DNA of 64,000 nt from Escherichia coli (GTDB lineage: Bacteria; Pseudomonadota; Gammaproteobacteria; Enterobacterales; Enterobacteriaceae): assembly GCF_030013205.1 (NCBI RefSeq), contig NZ_CP122648.1. One strand, given 5' to 3'. Under the pieces are notes generated by a model. That model ran no database searches, was not told the DNA's origin, and saw only the letters and a list, made by a program, of their open reading frames with translations. How positions within the stretch are numbered: the stretch's first letter is position 1; each line of letters starts with the position of its first letter. Both the position numbers and the translations under genes were made by a program. Positions 1-14,040 of this stretch are shown in pieces.

Positions 1-908
1 GTACTCTGCACAAGGGCGATATCGTTCTGTGTGGCTTCGAATACGGTCGTGTTCGTGCGATGCGTAACGAACTGGGTCAGGAAGTGCTGGAAGCGGGTCC
101 GTCCATTCCGGTGGAAATCCTCGGCCTGTCCGGCGTTCCGGCTGCGGGTGATGAAGTTACCGTTGTACGTGACGAGAAGAAAGCGCGTGAAGTTGCACTC
201 TATCGTCAGGGTAAATTCCGCGAAGTTAAACTGGCGCGTCAGCAGAAATCTAAACTCGAGAACATGTTCGCCAACATGACCGAAGGCGAAGTTCACGAAG
301 TGAATATCGTCCTTAAGGCAGACGTACAGGGTTCTGTGGAAGCTATCTCCGACTCCTTGCTGAAACTGTCTACTGACGAAGTTAAAGTGAAGATCATCGG
401 TTCTGGCGTAGGTGGTATCACCGAAACCGACGCTACCCTGGCTGCGGCGTCCAACGCCATCCTGGTTGGCTTCAACGTACGTGCTGATGCCTCTGCACGT
501 AAAGTGATTGAAGCGGAAAGCTTGGATCTGCGTTACTACTCCGTCATCTATAACCTGATCGACGAAGTGAAAGCGGCAATGAGCGGTATGCTGTCTCCGG
601 AACTGAAACAACAGATTATCGGTCTGGCGGAAGTTCGTGACGTATTCAAATCACCGAAATTTGGTGCCATCGCAGGTTGTATGGTTACCGAAGGTGTGGT
701 TAAACGTCACAACCCGATCCGCGTTCTGCGCGACAACGTGGTTATCTACGAAGGCGAGCTGGAGTCCCTGCGCCGCTTCAAAGATGACGTTAACGAAGTC
801 CGTAACGGTATGGAATGTGGTATCGGCGTTAAGAACTACAACGACGTCCGCACTGGCGATGTGATCGAAGTATTCGAAATCATCGAAATCCAACGTACCA
901 TCGCTTAA
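1..908 (+). CDS. infB: translation initiation factor IF-2, C-terminal part (5' end outside window)
   Basis: ORF track 60..908; frame stays open to window start; translation matches IF-2 C-terminal domains; followed by rbfA-truB-rpsO-pnp. Confidence 0.95.
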
Positions 909-919
909 GGTTGTCTGGG

Positions 920-1000
920 TTGTAGGCCGGATAAGGCTTTTACGCCGCATCCGGCAGCCGTTGCCTGATGCGACGCTAGCGCGTCTTATCAGGCCTACAC
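920..1000. repeat. REP/BIME palindromic units (gtaggccggataaggc...gccgcatccggca and gcctgatgcg...cttatcaggcctac)
   Basis: Two inverted REP-consensus copies directly visible downstream of infB stop. Confidence 0.8.
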
Positions 1001-1026
1001 AGCCCTTTCCACCTGAGATTAATTTT

Positions 1027-1050
1027 AAAAGGGGCTATGGCCCCTTTTTT
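1027..1050 (+). terminator. GC hairpin ggggctatggcccc followed by T6, flanked by A-run (possible bidirectional terminator/attenuator)
   Basis: Perfect stem-loop with U-tract seen in sequence just upstream of rbfA. Confidence 0.55.
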
Positions 1051-1066
1051 GTCAGGAGAATTTATT

Positions 1067-1468
1067 ATGGCGAAAGAATTTGGTCGCCCGCAGCGCGTAG
1101 CGCAGGAAATGCAAAAAGAGATCGCTCTCATCCTGCAGCGTGAAATTAAAGATCCTCGTCTGGGCATGATGACCACCGTTTCCGGTGTCGAAATGTCTCG
1201 CGACCTGGCGTATGCCAAAGTATATGTAACGTTCCTCAACGACAAAGATGAAGACGCGGTTAAAGCGGGCATCAAAGCGCTGCAGGAAGCTTCTGGTTTC
1301 ATCCGCAGCCTGCTGGGGAAAGCGATGCGCCTGCGTATCGTGCCGGAACTGACCTTCTTCTACGACAACTCGCTGGTTGAAGGGATGCGCATGTCAAACC
1401 TGGTGACCAGCGTGGTCAAACATGACGAAGAACGTCGTGTTAACCCGGACGACAGCAAGGAGGACTAA
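1067..1468 (+). CDS. rbfA: ribosome-binding factor A (133 aa)
   Basis: ORF track 1037..1468; ATG at 1067 gives [11 protein letters not shown]...; operon position after infB. Confidence 0.95.
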
Positions 1469-2412
1469 TGAGTCGTCCTCGTCGTCGCGGTCGCGACATT
1501 AACGGCGTGTTGTTGCTGGATAAACCGCAGGGTATGTCCAGCAACGATGCGCTGCAAAAAGTGAAACGGATTTATAACGCCAACCGTGCTGGGCATACCG
1601 GTGCGCTGGACCCGCTGGCAACTGGCATGTTGCCAATTTGCCTCGGGGAAGCGACGAAGTTTTCCCAGTATCTGCTGGACTCCGACAAACGCTATAGGGT
1701 GATTGCGCGTCTTGGACAGCGTACCGATACGTCTGACGCCGACGGACAAATCGTTGAAGAACGTCCGGTAACCTTTAGTGCAGAGCAACTGGCGGCGGCG
1801 CTGGATACTTTCCGTGGCGATATCGAACAGATCCCTTCGATGTATTCAGCACTGAAATACCAGGGCAAAAAACTGTACGAATATGCGCGTCAGGGCATTG
1901 AAGTACCGCGTGAAGCGCGCCCGATTACCGTTTATGAATTGCTGTTTATTCGCCACGAAGGCAATGAGCTGGAGCTGGAAATTCACTGCTCAAAAGGCAC
2001 TTATATCCGCACCATCATTGATGACCTGGGTGAAAAACTCGGTTGTGGCGCGCATGTTATTTACCTGCGTCGTCTGGCGGTAAGTAAATATCCGGTTGAA
2101 CGGATGGTGACCCTGGAACATCTGCGTGAACTGGTTGAACAAGCCGAACAGCAGGATATTCCAGCCGCGGAGTTACTTGATCCATTACTGATGCCAATGG
2201 ACAGTCCAGCTTCGGACTACCCGGTGGTGAATCTTCCGTTAACGTCTTCTGTTTACTTCAAAAATGGTAACCCGGTTCGTACATCCGGTGCGCCGCTGGA
2301 AGGACTGGTTCGCGTTACAGAAGGTGAGAACGGCAAGTTTATCGGTATGGGCGAAATTGACGATGAAGGCCGCGTCGCGCCTCGTCGCCTGGTGGTTGAA
2401 TACCCGGCGTAA
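1468..2412 (+). CDS. truB: tRNA pseudouridine-55 synthase (314 aa)
   Basis: ORF track; start overlaps rbfA stop (taATGa); TruB-like translation. Confidence 0.95.
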
Positions 2413-2464
2413 TGTTAACCGTCTTGCGATAACAGGTCGCTACGAGTAGAATACTGCCGCTTAA

Positions 2465-2830
<366 letters not shown>

Positions 2831-2846
2831 TTCTTGCGAGTTTCAG

Positions 2847-2875
2847 AAAAGGGGGCCTGAGTGGCCCCTTTTTTC
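2847..2875 (+). terminator. rpsO rho-independent terminator (gggggcc tgagt ggcccc + T-tract)
   Basis: Hairpin plus U-run directly seen 20 nt after rpsO stop. Confidence 0.85.
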
Positions 2876-3020
2876 AAGCTGACGGCAGCAATTCACTGGA
2901 AACTAATGTATTGTTGCTATGAATGATCTTCCGTTGCAGAGGTTCGCGCGGCTAATGAGAGGCTTTACCCACATTGGGCTGGGTTAGGGTTGTCATTAGT
3001 CGCGAGGATGCGCAGAAGAT
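2847..3020 (-). ncRNA. sraG: candidate antisense sRNA in rpsO-pnp intergenic/pnp leader (SraG-like position)
   Basis: Placement from remembered K-12 annotation only; not independently supported by sequence features I can compute. Confidence 0.3.
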
Positions 3021-3076
3021 CGGGTATTAACACCAGTGCCGTAAGGTACTGTCTAAGAAAGAGAAAGGATATTACA

Positions 3077-5212
3077 TTGCTTAATCCGATCGTTCGTAAA
3101 TTCCAGTACGGTCAACACACCGTGACTCTGGAAACCGGCATGATGGCTCGTCAGGCTACTGCTGCTGTTATGGTTAGCATGGATGACACCGCGGTATTCG
3201 TTACCGTTGTTGGTCAGAAAAAAGCCAAACCAGGTCAGGACTTCTTCCCACTGACCGTTAACTATCAGGAGCGTACCTACGCTGCTGGTCGTATCCCGGG
3301 TAGCTTCTTCCGTCGTGAAGGCCGCCCAAGCGAAGGCGAAACCCTGATCGCGCGTCTGATTGACCGCCCGATTCGCCCGCTGTTCCCGGAAGGCTTCGTC
3401 AACGAAGTTCAGGTTATCGCCACCGTGGTTTCTGTTAACCCGCAGGTTAACCCGGATATCGTCGCGATGATTGGTGCTTCCGCAGCACTGTCTCTGTCTG
3501 GTATTCCGTTCAATGGTCCGATTGGTGCTGCCCGCGTAGGTTACATCAATGACCAGTACGTACTGAACCCGACTCAGGACGAGCTGAAAGAGAGCAAACT
3601 GGATCTGGTTGTTGCCGGTACTGAAGCCGCTGTACTGATGGTTGAATCTGAAGCTGAACTGCTGAGCGAAGACCAGATGTTGGGCGCAGTAGTGTTCGGT
3701 CATGAACAACAGCAGGTTGTCATTCAGAACATCAATGAACTGGTGAAAGAAGCCGGTAAACCGCGTTGGGACTGGCAGCCGGAGCCGGTAAACGAAGCGC
3801 TGAACGCGCGCGTTGCTGCACTGGCTGAAGCTCGTCTGAGCGATGCTTACCGCATAACCGACAAACAAGAGCGTTATGCGCAGGTTGATGTCATCAAATC
3901 TGAAACCATCGCGACGCTGCTTGCTGAAGATGAAACCCTGGACGAAAACGAACTGGGTGAAATTCTGCACGCTATCGAGAAAAACGTTGTTCGTAGCCGC
4001 GTACTGGCAGGCGAACCGCGTATCGACGGTCGTGAAAAAGATATGATTCGTGGTCTGGATGTGCGTACTGGCGTGCTGCCGCGTACTCACGGTTCTGCGC
4101 TGTTCACCCGTGGTGAAACTCAGGCGCTGGTTACCGCAACGCTGGGTACTGCACGTGACGCGCAGGTTCTTGATGAACTGATGGGCGAACGTACTGACAC
4201 CTTCCTGTTCCACTACAACTTCCCTCCGTACTCCGTAGGCGAAACCGGCATGGTCGGTTCTCCGAAGCGTCGTGAAATTGGTCACGGTCGTCTGGCGAAG
4301 CGCGGCGTGCTGGCAGTCATGCCGGATATGGACAAATTCCCGTACACCGTACGTGTTGTGTCTGAAATCACTGAATCCAACGGTTCCTCTTCTATGGCTT
4401 CCGTGTGCGGCGCGTCTCTGGCGCTGATGGACGCAGGTGTGCCGATCAAAGCTGCTGTTGCGGGTATCGCAATGGGTCTGGTGAAAGAAGGCGACAACTA
4501 CGTTGTACTGTCTGACATTTTGGGCGACGAAGATCACCTGGGCGATATGGACTTCAAAGTTGCGGGTTCCCGCGACGGTATCTCTGCATTGCAGATGGAT
4601 ATCAAAATTGAAGGTATCACCAAAGAGATCATGCAGGTTGCGCTGAACCAGGCTAAAGGTGCGCGTCTGCATATCCTGGGCGTAATGGAACAGGCGATCA
4701 ACGCGCCGCGTGGCGATATCTCTGAGTTCGCTCCGCGTATCCATACCATCAAGATCAACCCGGACAAGATCAAAGACGTTATCGGTAAAGGCGGTTCTGT
4801 TATCCGTGCTCTGACCGAAGAAACTGGCACCACCATCGAAATCGAAGATGACGGTACTGTGAAAATCGCAGCGACCGACGGCGAGAAAGCGAAACATGCT
4901 ATTCGTCGTATCGAAGAGATCACTGCAGAAATCGAAGTGGGCCGCGTCTACAATGGTAAAGTGACCCGTATCGTTGACTTTGGCGCATTTGTTGCCATCG
5001 GCGGCGGTAAAGAAGGTCTGGTACACATCTCTCAGATCGCTGACAAACGCGTTGAGAAAGTGAACGATTACCTGCAGATGGGTCAGGAAGTACCGGTGAA
5101 AGTTCTGGAAGTTGATCGCCAGGGCCGTATCCGTCTGAGCATTAAAGAAGCGACTGAGCAGTCTCAACCTGCTGCAGCACCGGAAGCTCCGGCTGCTGAA
5201 CAGGGCGAGTAA
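3077..5212 (+). CDS. pnp: polynucleotide phosphorylase (711 aa, TTG start)
   Basis: ORF track 2990..5212; canonical N-terminus [16 protein letters not shown] begins at TTG 3077; KH and S1 domains at C-terminus. Confidence 0.95.
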   Translation: MLNPIVRKFQYGQHTVTLETGMMARQATAAVMVSMDDTAVFVTVVGQKKAKPGQDFFPLTVNYQERTYAAGRIPGSFFRREGRPSEGETLIARLIDRPIRPLFPEGFVNEVQVIATVVSVNPQVNPDIVAMIGASAALSLSGIPFNGPIGAARVGYINDQYVLNPTQDELKESKLDLVVAGTEAAVLMVESEAELLSEDQMLGAVVFGHEQQQVVIQNINELVKEAGKPRWDWQPEPVNEALNARVAALAEARLSDAYRITDKQERYAQVDVIKSETIATLLAEDETLDENELGEILHAIEKNVVRSRVLAGEPRIDGREKDMIRGLDVRTGVLPRTHGSALFTRGETQALVTATLGTARDAQVLDELMGERTDTFLFHYNFPPYSVGETGMVGSPKRREIGHGRLAKRGVLAVMPDMDKFPYTVRVVSEITESNGSSSMASVCGASLALMDAGVPIKAAVAGIAMGLVKEGDNYVVLSDILGDEDHLGDMDFKVAGSRDGISALQMDIKIEGITKEIMQVALNQAKGARLHILGVMEQAINAPRGDISEFAPRIHTIKINPDKIKDVIGKGGSVIRALTEETGTTIEIEDDGTVKIAATDGEKAKHAIRRIEEITAEIEVGRVYNGKVTRIVDFGAFVAIGGGKEGLVHISQIADKRVEKVNDYLQMGQEVPVKVLEVDRQGRIRLSIKEATEQSQPAAAPEAPAAEQGE

Positions 5213-5221
5213 GGTTGCCAT

Positions 5222-5250
5222 TTGCCCTCCGCTGCGGCGGGGGGCTTTTA
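5222..5250 (+). terminator. putative pnp terminator (gccctccgctgcggcggggggc + tttt)
   Basis: GC-rich hairpin with short T-run after pnp stop. Confidence 0.55.
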
Positions 5251-5320
5251 ACCGGGCAGGACGCCTTGTTAGCAACCGGGAACAGGACGTTCATTCAACC
5301 GTGGTCTTCGGGAGTGGGAA

Positions 5321-6205
5321 ATGAAGCCTTTTTTGCGCTGGTGTTTCGTTGCGACAGCACTTACGCTTGCAGGATGCAGTAATACTTCCTGGCGTAAAAG
5401 TGAAGTCCTCGCGGTACCATTGCAACCGACTTTACAGCAGGAAGTGATTCTGGCACGTATGGAACAAATCCTTGCCAGTCGGGCTTTAACCGATGACGAA
5501 CGCGCACAGCTTTTATATGAGCGCGGAGTGTTGTATGATAGTCTCGGTCTGAGGGCATTAGCGCGTAACGATTTTTCGCAAGCGCTGGCAATCCGACCGG
5601 ATATGCCTGAAGTATTCAATTACTTAGGCATATATTTAACGCAGGCAGGCAATTTTGATGCTGCCTATGAAGCGTTTGATTCTGTACTTGAGCTTGATCC
5701 AACTTACAACTACGCGCACTTGAATCGCGGGATCGCATTATATTACGGCGGTCGTGACAAGTTAGCGCAAGATGATCTGCTGGCGTTTTATCAAGACGAT
5801 CCCAATGATCCTTTCCGTAGTCTGTGGCTTTATCTCGCCGAGCAGAAGCTCGATGAGAAGCAGGCTAAAGAAGTGTTGAAACAGCACTTCGAAAAATCGG
5901 ATAAGGAACAGTGGGGATGGAACATTGTCGAGTTCTACCTGGGCAACATTAGCGAACAAACGTTAATGGAAAGGCTCAAGGCGGACGCAACGGATAACAC
6001 CTCGCTCGCTGAGCATCTCAGTGAAACCAACTTCTATTTAGGTAAGTACTACCTAAGTCTGGGGGATTTGGACAGCGCCACGGCACTGTTCAAACTGGCG
6101 GTTGCCAACAACGTTCATAACTTTGTTGAGCACCGATACGCATTGTTGGAATTATCGCTCCTGGGCCAGGACCAAGATGACCTGGCAGAATCGGACCAGC
6201 AATAG
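5321..6205 (+). CDS. nlpI: lipoprotein NlpI (TPR repeats, 294 aa)
   Basis: ORF track; lipobox LTLAGC; TPR-like translation. Confidence 0.95.
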
Positions 6206-6384
6206 CTGACGTACACATCAGCCCGTAATCTTTTTTGATTGCCATCACCTTAACGGGTGAGGGCGTTGTTGTTCGTTAATACACCTACTTTGAGCCGGTT
6301 CACACTTTTCAATGAAAATTGCTGATCAATTTCATGATGAGTTATGTAGACTGGCCGCCATTAATTTTGAGGCACACGTACTAC

Positions 6385-8274
6385 ATGGCTGAATTCGAAA
6401 CCACTTTTGCAGATCTGGGCCTGAAGGCTCCTATCCTTGAAGCCCTTAACGATCTGGGTTACGAAAAACCATCTCCAATTCAGGCAGAGTGTATTCCACA
6501 TCTGCTGAATGGCCGCGACGTCCTGGGTATGGCCCAGACGGGGAGCGGAAAAACTGCAGCATTCTCTTTACCTCTGCTGCAGAATCTTGATCCTGAGCTG
6601 AAAGCACCACAGATTCTGGTGTTGGCACCGACCCGCGAACTGGCGGTACAGGTTGCTGAGGCAATGACGGATTTCTCTAAACACATGCGCGGCGTAAACG
6701 TGGTTGCCCTGTACGGCGGCCAGCGTTATGACGTGCAATTACGCGCCCTGCGTCAGGGGCCGCAGATCGTTGTCGGTACTCCGGGCCGTCTGCTGGATCA
6801 CCTGAAACGTGGCACTCTGGACCTTTCTAAACTGAGCGGTCTAGTTCTGGATGAAGCTGACGAAATGCTGCGCATGGGCTTCATCGAAGACGTTGAAACT
6901 ATTATGGCGCAGATCCCGGAAGGTCATCAGACCGCTCTGTTCTCTGCAACCATGCCGGAAGCGATTCGTCGCATTACCCGCCGCTTTATGAAAGAGCCGC
7001 AGGAAGTGCGCATTCAGTCCAGCGTGACTACCCGTCCTGACATCAGCCAGAGCTACTGGACTGTCTGGGGTATGCGTAAAAACGAAGCACTGGTACGTTT
7101 CCTGGAAGCGGAAGATTTTGATGCGGCGATTATCTTCGTTCGTACCAAAAATGCGACTCTGGAAGTGGCTGAAGCTCTTGAGCGTAACGGCTACAACAGC
7201 GCCGCGCTGAACGGTGACATGAACCAGGCGCTGCGTGAGCAGACACTGGAACGACTGAAAGATGGTCGTCTGGACATCCTGATTGCGACCGACGTTGCGG
7301 CCCGTGGCCTGGACGTTGAGCGTATCAGCCTGGTAGTTAACTACGATATCCCGATGGATTCTGAGTCTTACGTTCACCGTATCGGTCGTACTGGTCGTGC
7401 GGGCCGTGCTGGCCGTGCGCTGCTGTTCGTTGAGAACCGTGAGCGTCGTCTGCTGCGTAACATTGAACGCACCATGAAGCTGACCATTCCGGAAGTTGAA
7501 CTGCCGAACGCAGAACTGCTGGGCAAACGTCGTCTGGAAAAATTCGCCGCTAAAGTACAGCAGCAGCTGGAAAGCAGCGATCTGGATCAATACCGTGCAC
7601 TGCTGAGCAAAATTCAGCCGACGGCAGAAGGTGAAGAGCTGGATCTCGAAACTCTGGCCGCCGCACTGCTGAAAATGGCACAGGGTGAACGTACTCTGAT
7701 TGTTCCGCCAGATGCGCCGATGCGTCCGAAACGTGAATTCCGTGACCGTGATGACCGTGGTCCGCGCGATCGTAACGACCGTGGCCCGCGTGGTGACCGT
7801 GAAGATCGTCCGCGTCGTGAACGTCGTGATGTTGGCGATATGCAGCTGTACCGCATTGAAGTGGGCCGCGATGATGGTGTTGAAGTTCGTCATATCGTTG
7901 GCGCGATTGCTAACGAAGGCGACATCAGCAGCCGTTACATTGGTAACATCAAGCTGTTTGCTTCTCACTCCACCATCGAACTGCCGAAAGGTATGCCGGG
8001 TGAAGTGCTGCAACACTTTACGCGCACTCGCATTCTCAACAAGCCGATGAACATGCAGTTACTGGGCGATGCACAGCCGCATACTGGCGGTGAGCGTCGT
8101 GGCGGTGGTCGTGGTTTCGGTGGCGAACGTCGTGAAGGCGGTCGTAACTTCAGCGGTGAACGCCGTGAAGGTGGTCGTGGTGATGGTCGTCGTTTTAGCG
8201 GCGAACGTCGTGAAGGCCGCGCTCCGCGTCGTGATGACTCTACCGGTCGTCGTCGTTTCGGTGGTGATGCGTAA
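6385..8274 (+). CDS. deaD: cold-shock DEAD-box RNA helicase DeaD/CsdA (629 aa)
   Basis: ORF track 6319..8274; ATG at 6385 gives [20 protein letters not shown] motifs; Arg/Gly-rich C-terminal tail. Confidence 0.95.
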
Positions 8275-8295
8275 TCATCGCTAAACAGCGAACAC

Positions 8296-8380
8296 AATCT
8301 GTAAAATAATATATACAGCCCCGATTTTTACCATCGGGGCTTTTTTTTTGTCTTTTGTACTCGTGTACTGGTACAGTGCG
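8296..8380 (+). promoter_or_regulatory. mtr promoter region with TyrR-box-like TGTAAA-N6-TATACA (8300..8317) and TrpR-operator-like gtactcgtgtactggtac (about 8356..8376)
   Basis: Motifs visible in sequence; assignment from established knowledge of mtr regulation. Confidence 0.5.
8316..8350 (+). terminator. deaD rho-independent terminator (gccccgat...atcggggc + T9)
   Basis: Perfect hairpin and long T-run seen in sequence. Confidence 0.85.
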
Positions 8381-8427
8381 GTGCATAACAACGCAGTCGC
8401 ACTATTTTTCACTGGAGAGAAGCCCTC

Positions 8428-9672
8428 ATGGCAACACTAACCACCACCCAAACGTCACCGTCGCTGCTTGGCGGCGTGGTGATCATCGGCGGTACCATTA
8501 TTGGCGCAGGGATGTTTTCTCTGCCTGTGGTCATGTCCGGGGCGTGGTTCTTCTGGTCAATGGCGGCGCTGATCTTTACCTGGTTCTGTATGCTGCATTC
8601 CGGCTTGATGATTCTGGAAGCTAACCTGAATTATCGAATCGGTTCTAGCTTTGACACCATCACCAAAGATTTGCTGGGCAAAGGCTGGAACGTAGTCAAC
8701 GGCATTTCCATTGCCTTTGTGCTCTATATCCTGACTTACGCCTATATTTCTGCCAGCGGTTCGATTCTGCATCACACCTTCGCGGAGATGTCGCTGAACG
8801 TCCCTGCACGGGCAGCTGGATTTGGTTTTGCACTACTGGTGGCGTTTGTGGTGTGGTTGAGCACCAAAGCGGTCAGCCGGATGACGGCGATTGTGCTGGG
8901 GGCGAAAGTCATTACGTTTTTCCTCACCTTCGGTAGCCTGCTGGGACATGTGCAGCCTGCGACATTGTTCAACGTCGCCGAAAGCAATGCGTCTTATGCA
9001 CCGTATCTGCTGATGACGCTGCCATTCTGTCTGGCATCGTTTGGTTATCACGGTAACGTGCCGAGCCTGATGAAGTATTACGGCAAAGATCCGAAAACCA
9101 TCGTGAAATGCCTGGTGTACGGTACGCTGATGGCGCTGGCGCTGTATACCATCTGGTTGCTGGCGACGATGGGCAACATCCCTCGTCCGGAGTTTATCGG
9201 CATCGCCGAGAAGGGCGGTAATATTGATGTGCTGGTACAGGCATTAAGCGGCGTGCTGAACAGCCGTAGCCTGGACCTTCTGCTGGTCGTGTTCTCAAAC
9301 TTTGCGGTAGCAAGTTCGTTCCTCGGCGTAACGCTGGGTTTGTTTGACTATCTGGCAGATCTGTTTGGTTTTGACGACTCTGCCCTGGGCCGCTTTAAAA
9401 CGGCGTTGCTGACCTTTGCCCCGCCTGTTGTGGGTGGTCTGCTATTTCCGAACGGATTCCTGTATTCCATTGGTTATGCTGGCTTAGCAGCTACTATCTG
9501 GGCAGCAATTGTACCGGCGCTGTTGGCCCGCGCATCGCGTAAACGCTTTGGCAGCCCGAAATTCCGCGTCTGGGGCGGCAAGCCGATGATTGCGCTGATT
9601 CTGGTATTTGGCGTCGGCAACGCACTGGTGCATATTTTATCGAGCTTTAATTTGCTGCCGGTGTATCAGTAA
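8428..9672 (+). CDS. mtr: tryptophan-specific permease Mtr (414 aa)
   Basis: ORF track; HAAAP-family transporter translation. Confidence 0.95.
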   Translation: MATLTTTQTSPSLLGGVVIIGGTIIGAGMFSLPVVMSGAWFFWSMAALIFTWFCMLHSGLMILEANLNYRIGSSFDTITKDLLGKGWNVVNGISIAFVLYILTYAYISASGSILHHTFAEMSLNVPARAAGFGFALLVAFVVWLSTKAVSRMTAIVLGAKVITFFLTFGSLLGHVQPATLFNVAESNASYAPYLLMTLPFCLASFGYHGNVPSLMKYYGKDPKTIVKCLVYGTLMALALYTIWLLATMGNIPRPEFIGIAEKGGNIDVLVQALSGVLNSRSLDLLLVVFSNFAVASSFLGVTLGLFDYLADLFGFDDSALGRFKTALLTFAPPVVGGLLFPNGFLYSIGYAGLAATIWAAIVPALLARASRKRFGSPKFRVWGGKPMIALILVFGVGNALVHILSSFNLLPVYQ

Positions 9673-9680
9673 TCAGCGGT

Positions 9681-11021
<1,341 letters not shown>

Positions 11022-11069
11022 GTAGGACAGCGTTGCCATCTCGGATAAGGCTTCCTACGTTAAAACACA

Positions 11070-12077
11070 CTACCCCAATAATTCTTCCTTCACATCCATC
11101 ACCAGCTCAAACGAATGCAGGCGCGCCTGGTGATCGAAAATCTGCCCGTTAACCATAATCTCATCGGCGTCGGTTTCGCGCAGGATCGACTGCAAGCCGT
11201 GACGCACTTTCGCTTTATCACCCACCAGCGACATACTCAGCGCCTGCTGCACGCCATACTGCTCGGACGGTGACCAGAACTGATCCATATTTTGAATCGG
11301 CGGCGGCAGTTGCCCGGTTTCGCCACGGCGCAGCTTCACAAAGGCTTGCTGCATTGAGGTAAAGAGAAATTCAGCGTCGCGGTTGCTGTCGGCGGCGATA
11401 ATATTGATGCACACCATCGCATACGGTTTTTCCAGCCGTGCCGACGGTTTGAAGTTGCTGCGATAAAGATGCAGCGCCTGGAACAACATATCCGGCGCGA
11501 AGTGTGAGGCAAACGCAAACGGCAGACCAAGCTGCGCCGCCAATTGCGCGCTGTAAAGGCTGGAGCCTAACAACCACACGGGGATTTTCTCGCCATAGCC
11601 TGGTACCGGGCGCACATGCGGATTGGGATCGCGGGCGTCAAACCAGTCCACCAGCTCCGCGACATCGCGGGGAAAATTATCAATATCGCCGCTCATATGA
11701 CGACGTAGAGCCATCATGGTTCGCTGGTCACTACCCGGAGCACGACCCAGCCCCAAATCGATTCGCCCCGGATAGAGCGTATTAAGCGTGCCGAACTGTT
11801 CGGCGATCACCAATGGTGAGTGATTAGGCAACATCACGCCGCCAGACCCCAGATGCAGCGTAGTGGTATTCGCCGCCAGATAGCCAATCAAAACTGATGT
11901 TGCAGCACTGGCAATGCCGGTCATATTGTGGTGTTCCGCCAGCCAGTAGCGATGATAGCCGCGCTTTTCAGCCAGACGGGCGAGGTCGAGAGAGTGGGAG
12001 AACGCTTCTCGCGCTGAAGAACCTTCGGGAATGGGGGCCAGATCGAGTAGCGAAAACGCAATGGTTTTATCAGTCAT
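11070..12077 (-). CDS. yhbW: luciferase-like monooxygenase family protein (335 aa)
   Basis: ORF track translation. Confidence 0.9.
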   Translation of the reverse strand: MTDKTIAFSLLDLAPIPEGSSAREAFSHSLDLARLAEKRGYHRYWLAEHHNMTGIASAATSVLIGYLAANTTTLHLGSGGVMLPNHSPLVIAEQFGTLNTLYPGRIDLGLGRAPGSDQRTMMALRRHMSGDIDNFPRDVAELVDWFDARDPNPHVRPVPGYGEKIPVWLLGSSLYSAQLAAQLGLPFAFASHFAPDMLFQALHLYRSNFKPSARLEKPYAMVCINIIAADSNRDAEFLFTSMQQAFVKLRRGETGQLPPPIQNMDQFWSPSEQYGVQQALSMSLVGDKAKVRHGLQSILRETDADEIMVNGQIFDHQARLHSFELVMDVKEELLG

Positions 12078-12157
12078 AACAGCTCACTTTGTTACCGATT
12101 AATCTTTAATACTGCATTAAAGAGTAGTTAAAGTTGTTAACAAAGTGAGCTATTTAC

Positions 12158-13036
12158 TTACGCTTGCAGCTCCAGCCCGGCCAGCCGACGCCAGTAGCCG
12201 TTACAATCGCTGTTTGCCGTCAACGGCAGTGGCGCAGCGCCATTTTCATTGGCGCGGAAGGCGTCGAGTATCGCGAAAGTGTCAGTACCCTGCGGTGACA
12301 GGCGGACCACATCAACCAGCCCCTGCATGGATGCCAGCTCGTTACCGAGGTTGTAAACGTAGCCGCTCATGGTCTGAATGCCGTTGAGTACAAACACTTG
12401 TTGGTTTTCCTGCGACAGAACGTTGCGCCCGTTCGGATACTTAATGCAGCAGGTTTCGCACTCATCTTTCGGGCGGTCTTCCGAACGCGCGGTAAAGCAG
12501 CGGGCGGAGTAGGCCAGCGGCAGATGACCGTAGCTCAAGACTTCCACTTCAAACTGGTTGCGAATGCCCAGCTCATCGCACTGATTAAGCAGATTCACCA
12601 GCCAGTCGCGGGATAGCTCCACCGGCATACACCAGCGCATCATGCCCTGTTTGAGCAATATTTTCAGTGTCACCGCGTTGTAGCAGTTCAGCGCGTGCCC
12701 GGCGACGAACGGCAGTTTGCGTTCAGCGCACATATTCACCACGCCGAGATCGCTGGCTTCAATCAGAAACTCACCGTTCTCAACATAGCGTTTCAGTTCG
12801 CCCAGTTCGGAGGATGCCTGCACCAGCGCCAGCGTGGAGAGCACAATCTGCTTACCACTTCCGGCGAGTGATTTTGCCATCTCCAGCCAGTCGCCAACTT
12901 TGGTTGCCCGGCGCTTGCTGCATACCGCTTCACCAAGATAAATCACGTCGGCGCTGCTGGCGGCGGCCTGCTGATAAAATTCTTCCAGCGTCTCTTTTGG
13001 CCAGTACCACAGCACTGGCCCTAAGGAATATTTCAT
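12158..13036 (-). CDS. ubiV: U32-family peptidase-like protein, O2-independent ubiquinone biosynthesis (292 aa)
   Basis: ORF track 12158..13054; likely start at MKYSLGPVLWYW. Confidence 0.85.
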   Translation of the reverse strand: MKYSLGPVLWYWPKETLEEFYQQAAASSADVIYLGEAVCSKRRATKVGDWLEMAKSLAGSGKQIVLSTLALVQASSELGELKRYVENGEFLIEASDLGVVNMCAERKLPFVAGHALNCYNAVTLKILLKQGMMRWCMPVELSRDWLVNLLNQCDELGIRNQFEVEVLSYGHLPLAYSARCFTARSEDRPKDECETCCIKYPNGRNVLSQENQQVFVLNGIQTMSGYVYNLGNELASMQGLVDVVRLSPQGTDTFAILDAFRANENGAAPLPLTANSDCNGYWRRLAGLELQA

Positions 13037-13044
13037 TGCTTTTC

Positions 13045-14040
13045 TCACTGCCATTTACGGTGATACGCGCCAAGGGTGGTCTGCGTGCCTTCGGACATCG
13101 ACCCGAGCGTCTCCATCCACGCGCTTTGCGGTATGAAGTTTTGCGGATCGGCCTTACAACGGTCGATAGCCTGACGCCAGACTTTCGCCACCTGGCTGAC
13201 ATACGCCGGGCTACGCTGGCGGCCTTCAATTTTCACCGAAGCAATATTCGCTGCCATTAACTCCGGCAGCAGTTCCAGGGTATTGAGACTGGTGGGTTCT
13301 TCCAGCGCGTGATAGCGCTCGCCGTCCACCAGATAACGCCCTTTACACAGCGTCGGATAACCTGCGTTTTCGCCATCCTGATAACGGTCGATCAGCACTT
13401 CGTTCAGGCGGGATTCCAGCCCCTGCGGCGTTTGTTGCCAGCGCACGAAACGGGCCGGAGAACACGCACCCACAGTGTTGGGCGACTCACCCGTCAGATA
13501 CGACGACAGATAGCAACGCCCTTCCGACATAATGCACAGGCTGCCGAAAGCAAACACTTCCAGCGGGACAGGTGTGACCCGAGCCAGTTGTTTCACCTGA
13601 TGAATCGACAACACGCGCGGCAGCACCACGCGTGCAACGTCAAAATGGCGATGATAAAAGTTAATCGCCTCTTCATTGGTCGCCGAAGCCTGCACCGATA
13701 CGTGACGTTCAATATGCGGGTAACGCTCGGCGGCGTACTCCAGCATGGCGAGGTCGGCGAGGATCAGCGCGTCGGCACCCAGCTGCGCCGCCATATCCAC
13801 GGCGCGCTGCCAACGGGCGTAACCGTCCGGATGCGCAAAAGTGTTAATCGCGATGTGAAGTTTGCGGCGATGTTGATGGACAAAACTCACCGCTTCCTGC
13901 AATTTTTTCTCGGTAAAGTTAAGGCCGGCGAAGTGACGGGCATTAGTATCATCTTTTAGCCCGATATAAACAGCATCTGCGCCGTTTTCGATGGCCGCCT
14001 TAAGCGCCGGGAGATTTCCGGCAGGGCAGAGCAGCTCCAT
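13045..14040 (-). CDS. ubiU: U32-family protein, O2-independent ubiquinone biosynthesis (331 aa)
   Basis: ORF track 13045..14067; likely start at MELLCPAGNL. Confidence 0.85.
   Translation of the reverse strand: MELLCPAGNLPALKAAIENGADAVYIGLKDDTNARHFAGLNFTEKKLQEAVSFVHQHRRKLHIAINTFAHPDGYARWQRAVDMAAQLGADALILADLAMLEYAAERYPHIERHVSVQASATNEEAINFYHRHFDVARVVLPRVLSIHQVKQLARVTPVPLEVFAFGSLCIMSEGRCYLSSYLTGESPNTVGACSPARFVRWQQTPQGLESRLNEVLIDRYQDGENAGYPTLCKGRYLVDGERYHALEEPTSLNTLELLPELMAANIASVKIEGRQRSPAYVSQVAKVWRQAIDRCKADPQNFIPQSAWMETLGSMSEGTQTTLGAYHRKWQ

Noticed and set aside
920-1000. REP clusters (also 56750..56856 and 59920..60015) as possible CRISPR arrays
   Set aside because: Only one or two imperfect palindromic units per site with no regular repeat-spacer periodicity; they match REP/BIME elements, not CRISPR repeats.
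3053-5275. 740-aa ORF on the minus strand, antisense to pnp
   Set aside because: It exactly shadows pnp on the opposite strand; its translation is low-complexity with no recognisable domains. A long antisense open frame is a known artefact of codon bias in highly expressed genes.
6841-8016. 391-aa minus-strand ORF antisense to deaD, plus ORFs 7614..7856, 7965..8297 and 8069..8284
   Set aside because: They overlap deaD and its Arg/Gly-rich C-terminal repeat region; their translations are repetitive and low-complexity, so they are spurious shadow ORFs.
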